A stretch of 64,000 nucleotides of DNA from NCBI GenBank assembly GCA_002269645.1, contig NIVC01002193.1:130764-194763 (forward strand), in the 5' to 3' direction. This stretch comes from Macrostomum lignano (Eukaryota). Below the pieces are notes generated by a model. That model was given only the letters and a program-made list of their open reading frames with translations. It had not been told where the DNA came from and did no database searches. Below are positions 12,753 through 24,547 of this stretch, one piece after another (within the stretch, counting starts at the first letter, position 1; every line of letters starts with the position of its first letter). The translations under genes and the position numbers were made by a program.

Positions 12753-13297
12753 TGCCTGTGATCTTAGCCAAACTCTGCCTGTCTGTTAAACCCCCGAATA
12801 CAGTAATAACAACTTATTGTAAACAACACGCACACTAGGGCTGCTCATAACATAGTGATAAATTACACGAAATAGCTATAACATAAATGTAACTGATTAG
12901 TACACGGAGACCAGAACAAAGAAAACGAACAAGTTATCGGCTTATCGGCACACATTAAAACACAGAGTTACCTTAACAGGCATTGTGTTAATGTTGATGC
13001 CCACTAGAGCCAAATTAAACTGTCTTTTTTTATCAAATAAGACGAAACTGAAAAGCAAGGTTAATAGCAGAATTCATATGCATATATATGGAGAAAAAAT
13101 CCACATTCTCAAAGAAAAAAACACAAAGAACAACAGACACCGTCGGATAAAGGCTGCGGATACGGCGACAGCCAATAAATAACAAATAAATAGAATATTA
13201 ATAAACACAAAATACATAGTGCAGTACAAGGTCAAGTAATTAGATGGGGGAATAATTATAAGTGACCGACACCAGAGCAAAATAAACTAAGCAATAG

Positions 13298-13591
13298 CAT
13301 ACATGCGCAACAGTCGGCCGAGTCGGCCGATCCGGCCGACTGATTTGGCAGCCAACCAAGGAAGTCGCAAAAATGCCCACCCAAAAAATACCCACGCAGT
13401 AGTACTAAGTAGCTGACGAGGCATTTTTGCCTGATAAGACAGTCATAGTTACTCCCGCCGTTTACCCAAAGTTGCGTTAATTTTGCTTTAGGGTTTTTTA
13501 GGTAAGTCGCATTTTTGGCCAAAAACTACGTCGCATTTTTGTTAAAACTAAGTCGCACGGCCGACCGAATTTTGGACGTTGCGCATGTATG
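13298..13591. mobile_element. 294-bp MITE, hAT or P superfamily
   Basis: Perfect 14-bp TIR CATACATGCGCAAC / GTTGCGCATGTATG; perfect 8-bp TSD AGCAATAG (13290-13297 and 13592-13599); subterminal GTCGGCCG and AGTCGCA repeats. Confidence 0.9.
13403..13467 (-). other. Eukaryotic 28S rRNA-derived fragment (helix 69-71 region) inside the MITE
   Basis: 13441-13467 is the exact reverse complement of GGGTAAACGGCGGGAGTAACTATGACT, and 13414-13426 of AAATGCCTCGTCA. Both are conserved LSU sequences recalled from memory, and they occur in the correct order and spacing. Confidence 0.85.
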
Positions 13592-14008
13592 AGCAATAGC
13601 GAGCAAAACCAAAAAGAGAGATGCAGATTGAGACAAAACAGTCAAAAACAAACGGAAAAATTAACTAAAGAAAGAATTAACGATGAGTTTCAAAAATTTC
13701 CAAATCAATAATGTTCTTAATAAATTCCAATTAGCGTAAGAGAATGAAAAGCAGCAGATGACAATAAAATAACCCCGATCGGTATTTATATTTGCGAAAC
13801 GAGCAAAGTTTCTAAGACTTGGAGAATTTGTATTAAGAAGATTTATAATCGCTAGGCATACAGTAGCGAATTACTAATGAGTGAAATAATTTTTCTATTA
13901 GTTTGAATTCGATTATCACCTAAGACTCTACTTCAATCCTAAAGCATTCCAATATCAGTTCAGAGCCTTCCTCAATCAACAAACAGATCGGCGCCACTGC
14001 GGCCTTGC

Positions 14009-17000
14009 TCAAGCCCGCTTCTTCCTCTGCTCGTGCAGGTCCCGGTCAACCTCCGTGAGCTCGTTGGTGGCGGCGCCGCCGCCGTCCTGCTGCTGTTCGC
14101 CGTCGGCCTTGGACTTGCCGCCACCCACTGCAAAGGATTAAGGAAGTTTCTCCAGACACTTATAGACTAATTAATTCGTTTGGAGTCATTTACTGTTAAT
14201 GTATTGATTTTTATTCACTACTCTACTCATAGTAGAACTAAAAGAAAAAACGCTAAAAAGCAATGATTAGATTTTTTAAATTAGCCACGAAACAATAGAG
14301 ATTTCAATACACAGGGTCTATGCAGCCAATCAAACTTACATTTCTTCTGCTGCTTCCTGGGACTGCGGCTCGCTCTCTGGCTAATGTACTCGCGAATGCG
14401 TTTGATATGGAAGGTAATGAAATTCCACATTAGGTAGCCCTGCAGCAGGCAGAGCAGCATCAGGCAGTTGACCCGAACCAGGCGCGTATTGAAATTGCCC
14501 TCGCGCCAGGCCACGGAGTCAACGGCGCTGCGCTCCAATCCCAGCATGAAGGTGATGAAGGCCAGGGCCACGGACAGGACGCGGACAAGGACAAACAGCA
14601 CGTCCCACACTAGGAAGCCGGCCTTGGCAACATCGGTTTTGCCGAAAAAATAGAACAGACGCGAGGCGTGATAGATTGACTCAACAAAATAGTGCACAAC
14701 TAGCAGCACAATGGCCAGCCGATTAAAATGGAGCAGGTAGGCACCCAGTATGCACACCAGGTAGATGGAGTAATAGGTCACTCGGCTGGGCATCTCGTCT
14801 TTCTTGATGCGCTAAAGATTTAGGTTTTTAGGTTGAGATTTTGATCAGAGACAGGCACGAGTTGCTGTGTACTTTAATACATCTCCGAGCTTGTACAGTT
14901 ATTAATCAAATTGAATAGCACACAAACCTGGAAGTAGAGCTCCGGGAAGCAGTGCAGCCAATAGCAGATCTGGCAGATAAAATAGAACTTGAACCAGAAA
15001 GACATATACATGTGCGGATATCCCTCCCACAGAGATGGCACAGACACGAACAGGCGCTCTCTATAGATGATATTAGCACCCCAGACGGCGCTAATGATGT
15101 AGAACAGGGCCAGGTGGCCGCTCTCGTTCACCTTGCTGTGCTTAGTCTTGGACAAGTGCAGCTTCCTGTTCACCTTGTCCAGAATGTATTCTTGAATGAC
15201 AGCGTGGATGACAATGGCAATCAGGGTGTAGAATATGACAGCCAATAGGTCACGCCGTCCAGTAGTGTACATAGGGGTGTCCTTGTCCACTTCAGTAGTG
15301 GCTGGTTGAATATTTGCAAGCAATGTATATTAATAAGCTTAGATGCCAAGTGATTTATAGAAATTGAAAATGAATAAAATGATTCAACCTTACCATTGAC
15401 AGTAGCATTGTGCTGGATAATGATGAACAGCTTAGCAATTGGAGCTGTGAACTAAAATTTTGCAGAGGGAATAAGATATACTGTATATTTTATGTCATTT
15501 TTTTATTCTATTAAAAATTGGATCAAAAAGTTGGAGAAAAAATTAAAACTCTTAAGATAAAATATAATAATAGATATTTAATGAAAGGCAAGGTTTCTCA
15601 AATAATTCTAAACAAACTCTATTACTTCTCTTATATTTGAAAGTTCTATTATATCTTTGGAGCTAAAGTTGACTAACTTGTCTATCCTTTGTAGCAATGA
15701 GAAGATAAGATTTATCCCTATTATAATTAAAGGTCAAAATATGCTAGATAGTACAAATACACTGGAATAAAGATAAAATAAACTAGAATAAAATCAACTA
15801 TTGCAAATAAAATTGTGTTGCAGACACTTGAGTCTTTGTATATTTACATGCTAATAATTTCTTTAAGTGCACTAAATTGCTATTTATAAAAATACCTTTG
15901 GTTATAACAAGGAGATTTAACCTTTTAATAAACATACTATCAAAAAATCTATCTTTAACATTCAGACAAACAAAAAGATATTTAGGGTCACTATAAAAAT
16001 GATAAGGAGTTAAATATTAGTCAGATTTATTTAATCTTTTAAATATTATATTTTAAAGATTATAAATATTAAATATAATATAGCCATATAGGCTATAATG
16101 AATTAAGATAAATCTAGAAAAAGATTGTAAACAATCTAAATTATAATTTTATAATCATACTGCATATATAGATATAGGGGCCTAAAAAAACTTGCAATTT
16201 TTTATGGCAGTGCTTATCCCCACGGTACCGTAGGAATAATTTCTGTCTTATTCCAACGGTACCGTGCGAATAATTTTCTGCTTATCCGCACGGCACACTG
16301 ACGAGATAGCTGCCCTATCTTCTACATATGCCGTGTGGGAAGTTTAGTACATACGATTTGAGTGCAGTATAACAACTTTGTTGAATTATTGTTGAATAAG
16401 TATACAGAAGGGTATCAGTAAAGCAGAATAACACGCATTTACACATGCATATACTCCTAGTCTAGAACTGATTCGAGTTTATACATCAAGATCAACAGCT
16501 TCTTAGTATCCTCAGTTCAAATTCCCTTTCAATAAGCTATATTCTATTCACGCACAGCATATATATGTAGCAGATAGGGCAGCTAGTAAAGCAGAGGGAA
16601 TAAAACAGTGGACGTGTAGGGCAGCTATCTCGTCAGTATGCCGTGTGGATAAGCAGAAAATTATTCGCACGGCATATGTAGAAGATAGGGCAGCTATCTC
16701 TTCAGTGTGCCGTGCGGATAAGCAGAAAATTATTCGCATGGTACCGTTGGAATAAGACAGAAATTTTTTCTGATCATTTTTTATAGGCCCCTATTATAAA
16801 AACTAAGGATATCAAACATAGTCATAGAATAGTTTTATGGCTATAGCTAAGTCTAAGCCTATTCATTTAAACTGAATAGGCCAAAGTTTAACTGAGCTTA
16901 AATTTGTGGCCAAATTTCTTTTATTATTATCTAAATATAATATAAACGCAACAAGCTAAATTGATGTCTGGTAAATTATGTTTTATAGAGCAAAAGGCTA

Positions 17001-17378
17001 TATAGATATTTTTGCAAACCCCCAAAAGCCCCAAGTTTTATTTAAGATAATTACCTATGTATTTTTGGAATTGACGATTTTAGAAATCCTGAGTTGTGAG
17101 TTTATTTTCTTGTCTTACAAATACCAAGTAATAACAATACAAAATACCAATAAATATTTAAGTGCCATATTCAGGAAATATACCAGCCATCAAGCCCAGA
17201 CAACACAAAATATACGAAAAATATCACCTTTTAGGTTTTACATTACCTGAAACATCAGTCCCAGAACAATAATCATAGCAATAAAGCTAACGATATCGCC
17301 ATGATTGGTAATGATGTATTCATTAGAAAAGTATGAAACATTCTTGTTCTTTTTCTTTCCAGGCTTCATGTAAGTCAT
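14009..17378 (-). CDS. TRAM1: Translocating chain-associated membrane protein (TRAM family); exons 17378-17247, 15451-15394, 15301-14928, 14811-14340, 14127-14009; 384 aa
   Basis: Motifs NHGDIVS, FYTLIAIVIHAVIQEYILDK, HLSKTKHSKVNESG, YWLHCFPELYFQ, GNFN; all introns GT-AG with consistent phases. TRAM1 versus TRAM2 orthology not resolved. Confidence 0.93.
16177..16791. mobile_element. 615-bp foldback MITE with TA TSD in TRAM intron 1
   Basis: TA|GGGGCCTAAAAAAA ... TTTTTTATAGGCCCC|TA; ~100-bp near-perfect internal inverted arms (~16248-16343 vs ~16664-16763), plus an extra partial arm copy at ~16610-16670. Confidence 0.85.
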
Positions 17379-17829
17379 GATTAGGTATTTTCGTGTTAAT
17401 GAGGCGCAAAAATTTGTATATTCTACTGTCCGCGACGCTGATAACCGGCGTTGAAGATCTGCTTAGGAGATTTATTCAATTCGAATAAGAGTTCGCACAA
17501 AAATGACTTGACAATTCCAATTTCCTTTAAATTTTATCAGCGATAACTCGTTGATAACGACGACTATGCAATTGCAGAATCAAAAGCAAATGCTGCGCCA
17601 AAAGGCCAAATTAATTCAAGTGGTTTTGCTAACTTTCGGATGCCCAGACGGGTCAGCCAGTAGAAGCTCCAGCATGGTTGATTTCTAGCCAATGGGGTAA
17701 TTACGAAGTCAGAAGTTTAAACCTGAACCTGAGACGAAGACTACTATTGGAAAACAATCCAAAAAAGAAACTTTAATCAACTAAAAACAGCAGAAAACAG
17801 CCTAAATAATAGCATTAGTATACCAATTT

Positions 17830-18110
17830 TGCTGACGCTGAGCCACATCTCCGGTCTGCGTCAACCCACGCGTCGCCGCAGCAGAAAGCCGTCATCGTTG
17901 GAAAGCAGTCCACATCACCCAGTCAGGCATCAGAACAAGAACGAAACTAATACCATGTACGTATCTCCCTGGAACGACCCAGAGGATGTCTCGAAGAAGT
18001 CCGATAAACTGTCCACCGTCCAAAGCAGCCTTAGTCTCACCGTACATCGTCATGATGGCAAAAACCAGCTGCTCTTGATACATGCACGCAGAACCATGAA
18101 ACCTATGAAA
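17830..18110 (-). mobile_element. Decayed RTE-like non-LTR reverse transcriptase fragment
   Basis: Across frameshifts: EQLVFAIMTMYGETKAA / TVDSLSDFFETSSGSFQGDT / FVLVL..DWVMWTAF / NDDGFLLRRRVG*RRPE, resembling the RT GVLQGDTLAP-FxxVLDxV region. Confidence 0.6.
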
Positions 18111-19273
18111 TAATAATCACGATCGACGTCGGCTGGCGCGTGTCGAAGAAAAAGCTTCATGAAAATTTTAGATGCATACAGGATCTGTGATCGAGGCTTC
18201 ATTAGATAGCATTAAACAGTACATACATTCTAGACTCATTCATTTACCCTGCAGGACTTCTGAAAATATGTACACTTAGCTCGAGTGGAGCGTCCTGTGT
18301 TCATTCTTACGTACGTACATGTAATCCTTTGTGACGTACATGTAGCTCGGTGTTTTGCTTATAGTAGTGCTTGCATGTGCATGTATAAGCGATGCAAGTA
18401 GTATCCAGACTTTACTTTGTCCTGGTTTGGGAGAAAATAATTTAAGGATCCACTTTGTGAGATGGGAGAATGCCTGCGAAGGCCGGTTAAAAAAATGGCG
18501 CCGCCACAGGCCTCCAGTCTAGCAGACCACCAGCCCTAATGACTACACGTATAGGCAATGACTTCCGCTGAGCTGATCTATACACATGTATGTGCATTTA
18601 TGGAACCCCTTTCGTTGATATATGGTACCTTGCTGGCCCATTGGTCACTCAGGTTATTGAAAATCCTAAAAGCGATGATATATAGAAGGTCAGAGAAGTG
18701 ATATTCTCACTAGGATCCTCATAATCCACTCTCTATTGAATACTAATTGTAACTTTTAGTTTAAAAAGAGCAAATCTGTCTATTTTGCCTTCAAAATAGC
18801 TACGCTCGTACATGCGCAATCAAAATCAGAAAATTTATGTTGATTTATAATGTTTGTTCAAAGAGGTCTACTTGTTGTTGCGACACTGCGATAGCTAGCC
18901 AGCGCATACGAGTACAAACAGCGTGCAAGCACATGTGCGAGTATACACATTCCTGTAGCTTCTTGCCTCGCTACCATTGGTTGCCATCATATCATTCGAT
19001 TCGACTAGAGCATTCGGATTCGACATGATTGGAAGTTAGGGGAATACTAGCTTTAAATAATATCTAGGCATACTAGCCTGTATGCATATATGTTTCCGAT
19101 CTAGTTGGTAGCGAATCACTTCCTAATCGTCAATCTGGTACGTTTAGTAATATTAGCGTTATCCGTTATATCAGCGATATCATTCGTGAATACCTGATTA
19201 AATTTAAATTTGTCAAGGTTGGGCTTCATTCTAATTTATTTTGCAGGAATCGAATTGTTAAACCTTGCTTACA

Positions 19274-20348
19274 ATGTCATCCGGAGGACCGTACGGCGTG
19301 ATTGAACGGGGCTCGCTCTATTCGACAGATTACGCAATGTACTTTACCGGACCGGATGGACCGGTATCGCCATTTCACGACATCCCACTGTACGCGAATC
19401 CCGAGCAGACGGAGGTTCACATGGTGGTGGAGATACCCAGATGGACGAGCGCCAAAATGGAGATCAGCAAATCTGAGCCACTGAACCCCATCAAGCAGGA
19501 TGTTAAACGCGGCTGTGTACGCTTTGTTGACAGCGTGTTCCCCTACCGAGGCTACCTGTGGAACTACGGCGCTCTGCCGCAGACCTGGGAGGATCCCGGC
19601 CACACGGACATCCGCACAGGCGCCGCTGGTGACAATGACCCACTGGACGTCTGCGAGATCGGCAGCCGGTTGAGCACCAGAGGCTCCGTGCTTCGCGTCC
19701 GACCGCTGGGCCTGCTGGGCCTCATCGACGAGGGCGAGACCGACTGGAAGGTGCTGGCAATCGATACGCAGGATCCCATTGCCGACAAGCTGCAGGATGT
19801 TGACGATGTGCAACTGTACATGCCTGGCCTGCTGGAGGCTACATTGAGTTGGTTTCGCAATTACAAGGTAGATAATAGTAGATGCGTGTTAATTTCTCTA
19901 TGAGGCACTGGTTTTGGTACTTGACTTAGCTGCAAGGTGCAGGTGGGACACAACGGAAAAGGACGAGTGGGGTTGAAGGCTGGCACGGGTCCCCCAATGC
20001 CCTTGCAGCTACAAGCGTATGTTGCATCCTGTACGATCATGCCTCTCTCACTCCAACACCGACCAGGTGCCACAAGGAGGGTCACCGAACCGATTCGCCT
20101 TTGAAGAAGAATTTCGCGACGCAGCTCTGGCCGTGGAGGTGATCGCCGAGACTCATCGACAGTGGCGGGCGATGATGAGCCGGGCGGTGGACCCCGGCGG
20201 CATCAGCTGCGCCCACACCGGCGATTCCGCTGAGGTTGGCGCTGATCGGCTGACTCGAAGGGACGCCGAGGCGATCGTGGAGGCTGCGCCGCCGCCGGCA
20301 CCGCCCTACCCGATGCCGGAGTCCGCTGACCGCTGGCACTTCGTTTGA
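19274..20348 (+). CDS. PPA1: Soluble inorganic pyrophosphatase (family I); exons 19274-19867, 20067-20348; 291 aa
   Basis: SPFHDIPL, VVEIPRWTSAKMEI, PLNPIKQD, WNYGALPQTWEDP, GDNDPLDVCEIG, LIDEGETDWKV, WFRNYK|VP; GT-AG intron 19868-20066 in phase 0. Confidence 0.96.
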
Positions 20349-21257
20349 CGGCTAGGCGGACAGGCGGTTCTGAGAGCGCGATGACGGGATGTTGACGGGA
20401 TGCCGACAATGATTTCCCACCTATTTGATATCGTCATTATTTAATGTACGAGTGCCCCCTGTCCAGAGACTATTTGTAGTCTAGGCCTCTTAGCTGTCTA
20501 TTATTTTGCTAGCAAAGTCCTTTGCAAAATCTGGGGTCCATGTCTGTAATTTTCCCCAATACCTGTCTGCATCGTTGTTTAAAACCTTGTAAGCAGCAAA
20601 GCGCTTAGTCCTTATTTAGTTCCCAAACTTAGACGCAATACTGTTAGTCAATTGTAGCTCATGTATAACAATGCACAGACCAGCAGACTCTGTAGATGTC
20701 CTATTCCTCACTGCCATACAATTCTAATTAGCTACTGTTAGCTAGCATATAGAACTGCTCGCACATGCAAAACGTTCAACAACATTTGTTTGTTAATCTA
20801 TTACGAGTCAAGGATTACTAAAACTATTGTAGTTGGACTGGACGCACCGTTTCTTGGAAAATTTATTGAAGGCTGACGCTTTCAAAAACTTATATAATTA
20901 CACCACTGGTTAGGAATTCATGGACAACTGAAGTAGGACGCTGCATTTGGTTTTCTTAGAAATCAGCTGGAGGCCGATAAGGAACGTGTAGTTGCCGTAC
21001 CGCTAGTGCATTGCACTATTGCACATTGTTTTTCTTGACCGCATTTGTCTATGGCAAAACCCCACCCAGCGCTATGCCTTTCGAGCAGAGCGTACTAAAT
21101 GTAGTAACGATACGACGGATACACCTCCTTACCGGTCTCTGACTCTTTTCTGAGAAAACCACCGAGTGTTGCGTAATTCAACTTCCATTGTCCAAGTTGG
21201 AGTCTGTGATATCGATTATTTGGTGATCGTTTCTTTCTTCTTTACTTCTTGTAGTTC

Positions 21258-21644
21258 AGGTGGCCACATACGGCCTGCGAAGCCTCTCTATCCGCCCTCC
21301 GAGTCCTTTGAAACTTTACAATAGCAAATCCGGCAAGAGGTTTGTGTCTCTTCTCAGCCCTCTTACCTTCTCTATCTTGCCTCTTTCCCTCTTCATCTGT
21401 GTCTTTTCTTTTCTCTCTCTTCTCTCTCTCTTATCTCATATTTCTTCTCTCCTTCAATCTTCATCTTATCTATCTTATCTTTTTGTCCTCACTCTTCTCA
21501 TCCTATATTTTATCGCATCTCTTCTCTCGCCTTTCCTCTCACCTCTCATCTCCTCTTTCTTCTCTCTCCTCCTATTTTCTCTCATATCCTCTCTCATCTG
21601 GCCGGAAGGTTCTCTGGCCTTGATAAAAACATTTCCCGACCCCT
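21258..21644 (+). mobile_element. Degenerate hAT(Charlie-like) non-autonomous element, copy A
   Basis: GGCCACATACGGCCTGCG subterminal motif, internal CT-rich tract, right end TTCCCGACCCCT; AAGCCTCTCTAT and GAAACTTTACAATAGCAAATCCGG match 26561-26595 in reverse. Confidence 0.5.
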
Positions 21645-22345
21645 TTTTGTAGTTAGGTTGAACTGTTAAAATAAACCTGCAGTTAAAGCACTATTTAATA
21701 CAAGATTTCACCAGAAAGCATCGAGAAGTTCGGTAAAACAAGCTTTATAGTCGGATGAAGGAGGCGAAGAGGCACCCTCTGATTCTTTGACATTCCGATG
21801 AAGCAAACTCACTTATTTCCAAGCCTGCCAAAAATAGCTTGCCATATTTATTCATCCTTCACTGCAAAGCCCTCCTTTCAAAGCAGCTCATCCTGCTTCG
21901 AATTCGCGGGCACGCAGCCTGGGCTGAGCCTCTAATTAATTAGAGCGCCGCGACCCCGTGGCATAGCGGGCTTCAATAGCCTAGCTGGGAGTATTAATGG
22001 GATGCGGGCCCTGCTCAGGGCTAACAAGCTCGTTAACGAGTTCACCTGTATGAAGCGGAACAAATTGTTTCTTTAGTTGTCAATGGCAACCATGCTAGTG
22101 CAAGAGACAGTGTTTCCAGCTGCATGCACGAGTATACAGAATGAGAAGCAACAGGCACCTATATAATGGCCTGGCGTCTGCAAAGCAAACTCGACCCAGT
22201 CGAATATTGGAGCAGCTTCGCGAGCCAGCTGTGGAAAATTCCCACGAATTCGGGACTGACATTTGATGCATCTGAGCTGGGACTGAAGAGAGAGAGAGAG
22301 CGGGTATTTTGGGGCACTGGCTCTGATTCAAGGCGACAGTCGACT

Positions 22346-22572
22346 ATGCTCATTGCTCATGGCAGTCATGCTCATTGCTCATGACAGTCATGCTCATTGC
22401 TCATGGCAGTCATGCTCATTGCTCATGGCAGTCATGCTCATTGCTCATGGCAGTCATGCTCATTGCTCATGCAGTCATGCTCATTGCTCATGGCAGTCAT
22501 GCTCATTGCTCATGGCAGTCATGCTCATTGCTCATGGCAGGTCATGCTCATTGCTCATGGCAGTCATGCTCA
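22346..22572. repeat. Minisatellite, 22 bp (ATGCTCATTGCTCATGGCAGTC)
   Basis: Tandem units read directly. Confidence 0.93.
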
Positions 22573-22604
22573 GGCTCAGGCAGTCAGAGTGCTAACAGAG
22601 TAGG

Positions 22605-23037
22605 CAGAAGGGTAGGCAGAGAGGGTAGGCAGAGAGGGTAGGCAGAGAGGGTAGGCAGAGAGGTAGGCAGAGAGGGTAGGCAGAGGGTAGTCAGAGAGGG
22701 TAGGCAGAGAGGGTAGGCAGAGAGGGTAGGCAGAGAGGGTAGGCAGAGAGGGTAGTCAGAGAGGTAGTCAGAGAAAGTAGGCAGAGAGGGTAGGCAGAGA
22801 GGGTAGGCAGAGAGGGTAGGCAGAGAGGGTAGGCAGAGAGGGTAGGCAGAGAGGGTAGGCAGAGAGGGTAGGCAGAGAGGGTAGGCAGAGAGGGTAGGCA
22901 GAGAGGGTAGGCAGAGAGGTAGGCAGAGAGGGTAGGCAGAGAGGGTAGGCAGAGAGGGTAGCAGAGAGGGTAGGCAGAGAGGGTAGGCAGAGAGGGTAGG
23001 CAGAGAGGGTGGGCAGAGAGGGTAGGCAGAGAGGGTA
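22605..23037. repeat. Minisatellite, 13 bp (AGAGAGGGTAGGC)
   Basis: Tandem units read directly. Confidence 0.95.
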
Positions 23038-23839
23038 GAAGGGAAGATATTGTTCAGCAGTTTATGGCAAGCATTTTGTATTTAATAGCAACAGAATAGT
23101 AAGCAGGGCAGGATTAATAATCGCTTTAGTCTAATAAACCATAAAATCCTACGAATGCATGCCATTGCATATAGGATGCGGAGTCAATGGGGATCATGCC
23201 TGGTTCCGGGAAGTTCAAAGCGCGCCAACAATAGGCAGATTGGCGCGGACGTACTTCACACAGCTGGATTTGGCCCCGCAATGCCGGACCGCCGCCCCGC
23301 AGACTCCACTTTCACCTCGGCGTCCCGGGCCAAGAACAATGCTGGCAGCTGGCAGCGAACCTGATGAGGCTGGTTTTTGGAAAAAGAATGGCGGAAACGC
23401 GGGAAGCTGAATTGGTCCCGCGAGACAACGGGGAGAGAGAGGAGGGATTTGGGGCACTGGGGGCAGTGCTGCAAGTTGGCAGAAAGGCATCGGAGCAATC
23501 GGATTAAGCACAATGGGTCTCGCACGGGTCTCAGTGCTGCCACGGGTTTCAATGGGGCAGGCCGCGATCATGCGAGCTTATAAGATGGGGATGCAAAGGA
23601 AATAAATTGGCAACCTGGCAGCTGTTCTCGGGCTTCATCAAAGCAAATCGATATGTCAGCTTCATCTGACCGGCTGCTTTTTCGACGTCTCGCTCGCTCA
23701 GCATCCCAAGCCTCATCAACGATGATGGCCGTGTACGCTTGACTCCACTGCCCGGTGCCACCGCGGCCCTATCGGCTCGCCGAACTCCCATTGAGCGGCA
23801 AACTCGGTACGCTCAAATTCAGGAAAGTCTCTCCTAGCA

Positions 23840-24480
23840 ACACAATTAACCTAGCAACGGATCTACCCCTAGCAACAGATCTATAGCACAGATCTACCCC
23901 TAGCAACAGATTCCCCTAGCAACATCTACCCTAGCAACAGATCCCCTAGCAACAGATCTACCCTAGCAACAATCTACCCTAGCAACAGATCTACCCTAGC
24001 AACAATCTACCCTAGCAACACATCTACCCTAGCAACAATCTACCCTAGCAACACACCTACCCCTATCAAAATCCTATAGCAACACACCTACCCCAGCAGC
24101 AACCTACCCTAGCAACACACCTACCCCTATCAAAAGTTCTATAGCAACCACTACCCTAGCACACACCAACCTAGCAAGATCTCCCAAGCAACACACCTAC
24201 CCCTATCAAAAGATCCCTATAGCAACACACCTACCCCTATCAAAAGATCCCCTATAGCAACACACCTACCCCTATCAAAAGATCCCTATAGCAACACACC
24301 TACCCCTATCAAAAGATCCCTATAGCAACACACCTACCCCTATCAAAAGATCCCCTATAGCAACACACCTACCCCTATCAAAAGATCTCCTATAGCAACA
24401 CACCTACCCCTATCAAAAGATCTCATATAGCAACACACCTACCCCAATCAAAAGATCCCATATAGCGACACACCTACCCC
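23840..24480. repeat. Minisatellite grading from ~20 bp (CTAGCAACAGATCTACC) to ~35 bp (TAGCAACACACCTACCCCTATCAAAAGATCCC)
   Basis: Tandem units read directly. Confidence 0.9.
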
Positions 24481-24547
24481 TACCATACAAAAAATGTCAG
24501 CTTCAGAAACCCGGTTCGCACAAATAAACTGTTTTCCTGCTACACAG

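Noticed and set aside
13413-13445. CTGACGA-GGCA-TTTT-TGCC as a hammerhead core inside the MITE
   Set aside because: The required GAAA after stem II is absent (TGATAA), and the sequence is explained by the 28S fragment.
22166-22330. DPVEYW...KIPTNS...ERVF as a hAT dimerisation-domain remnant
   Set aside because: Only scattered residues match, part comes from a GA microsatellite, and spacing is off. It needs an HMM search.
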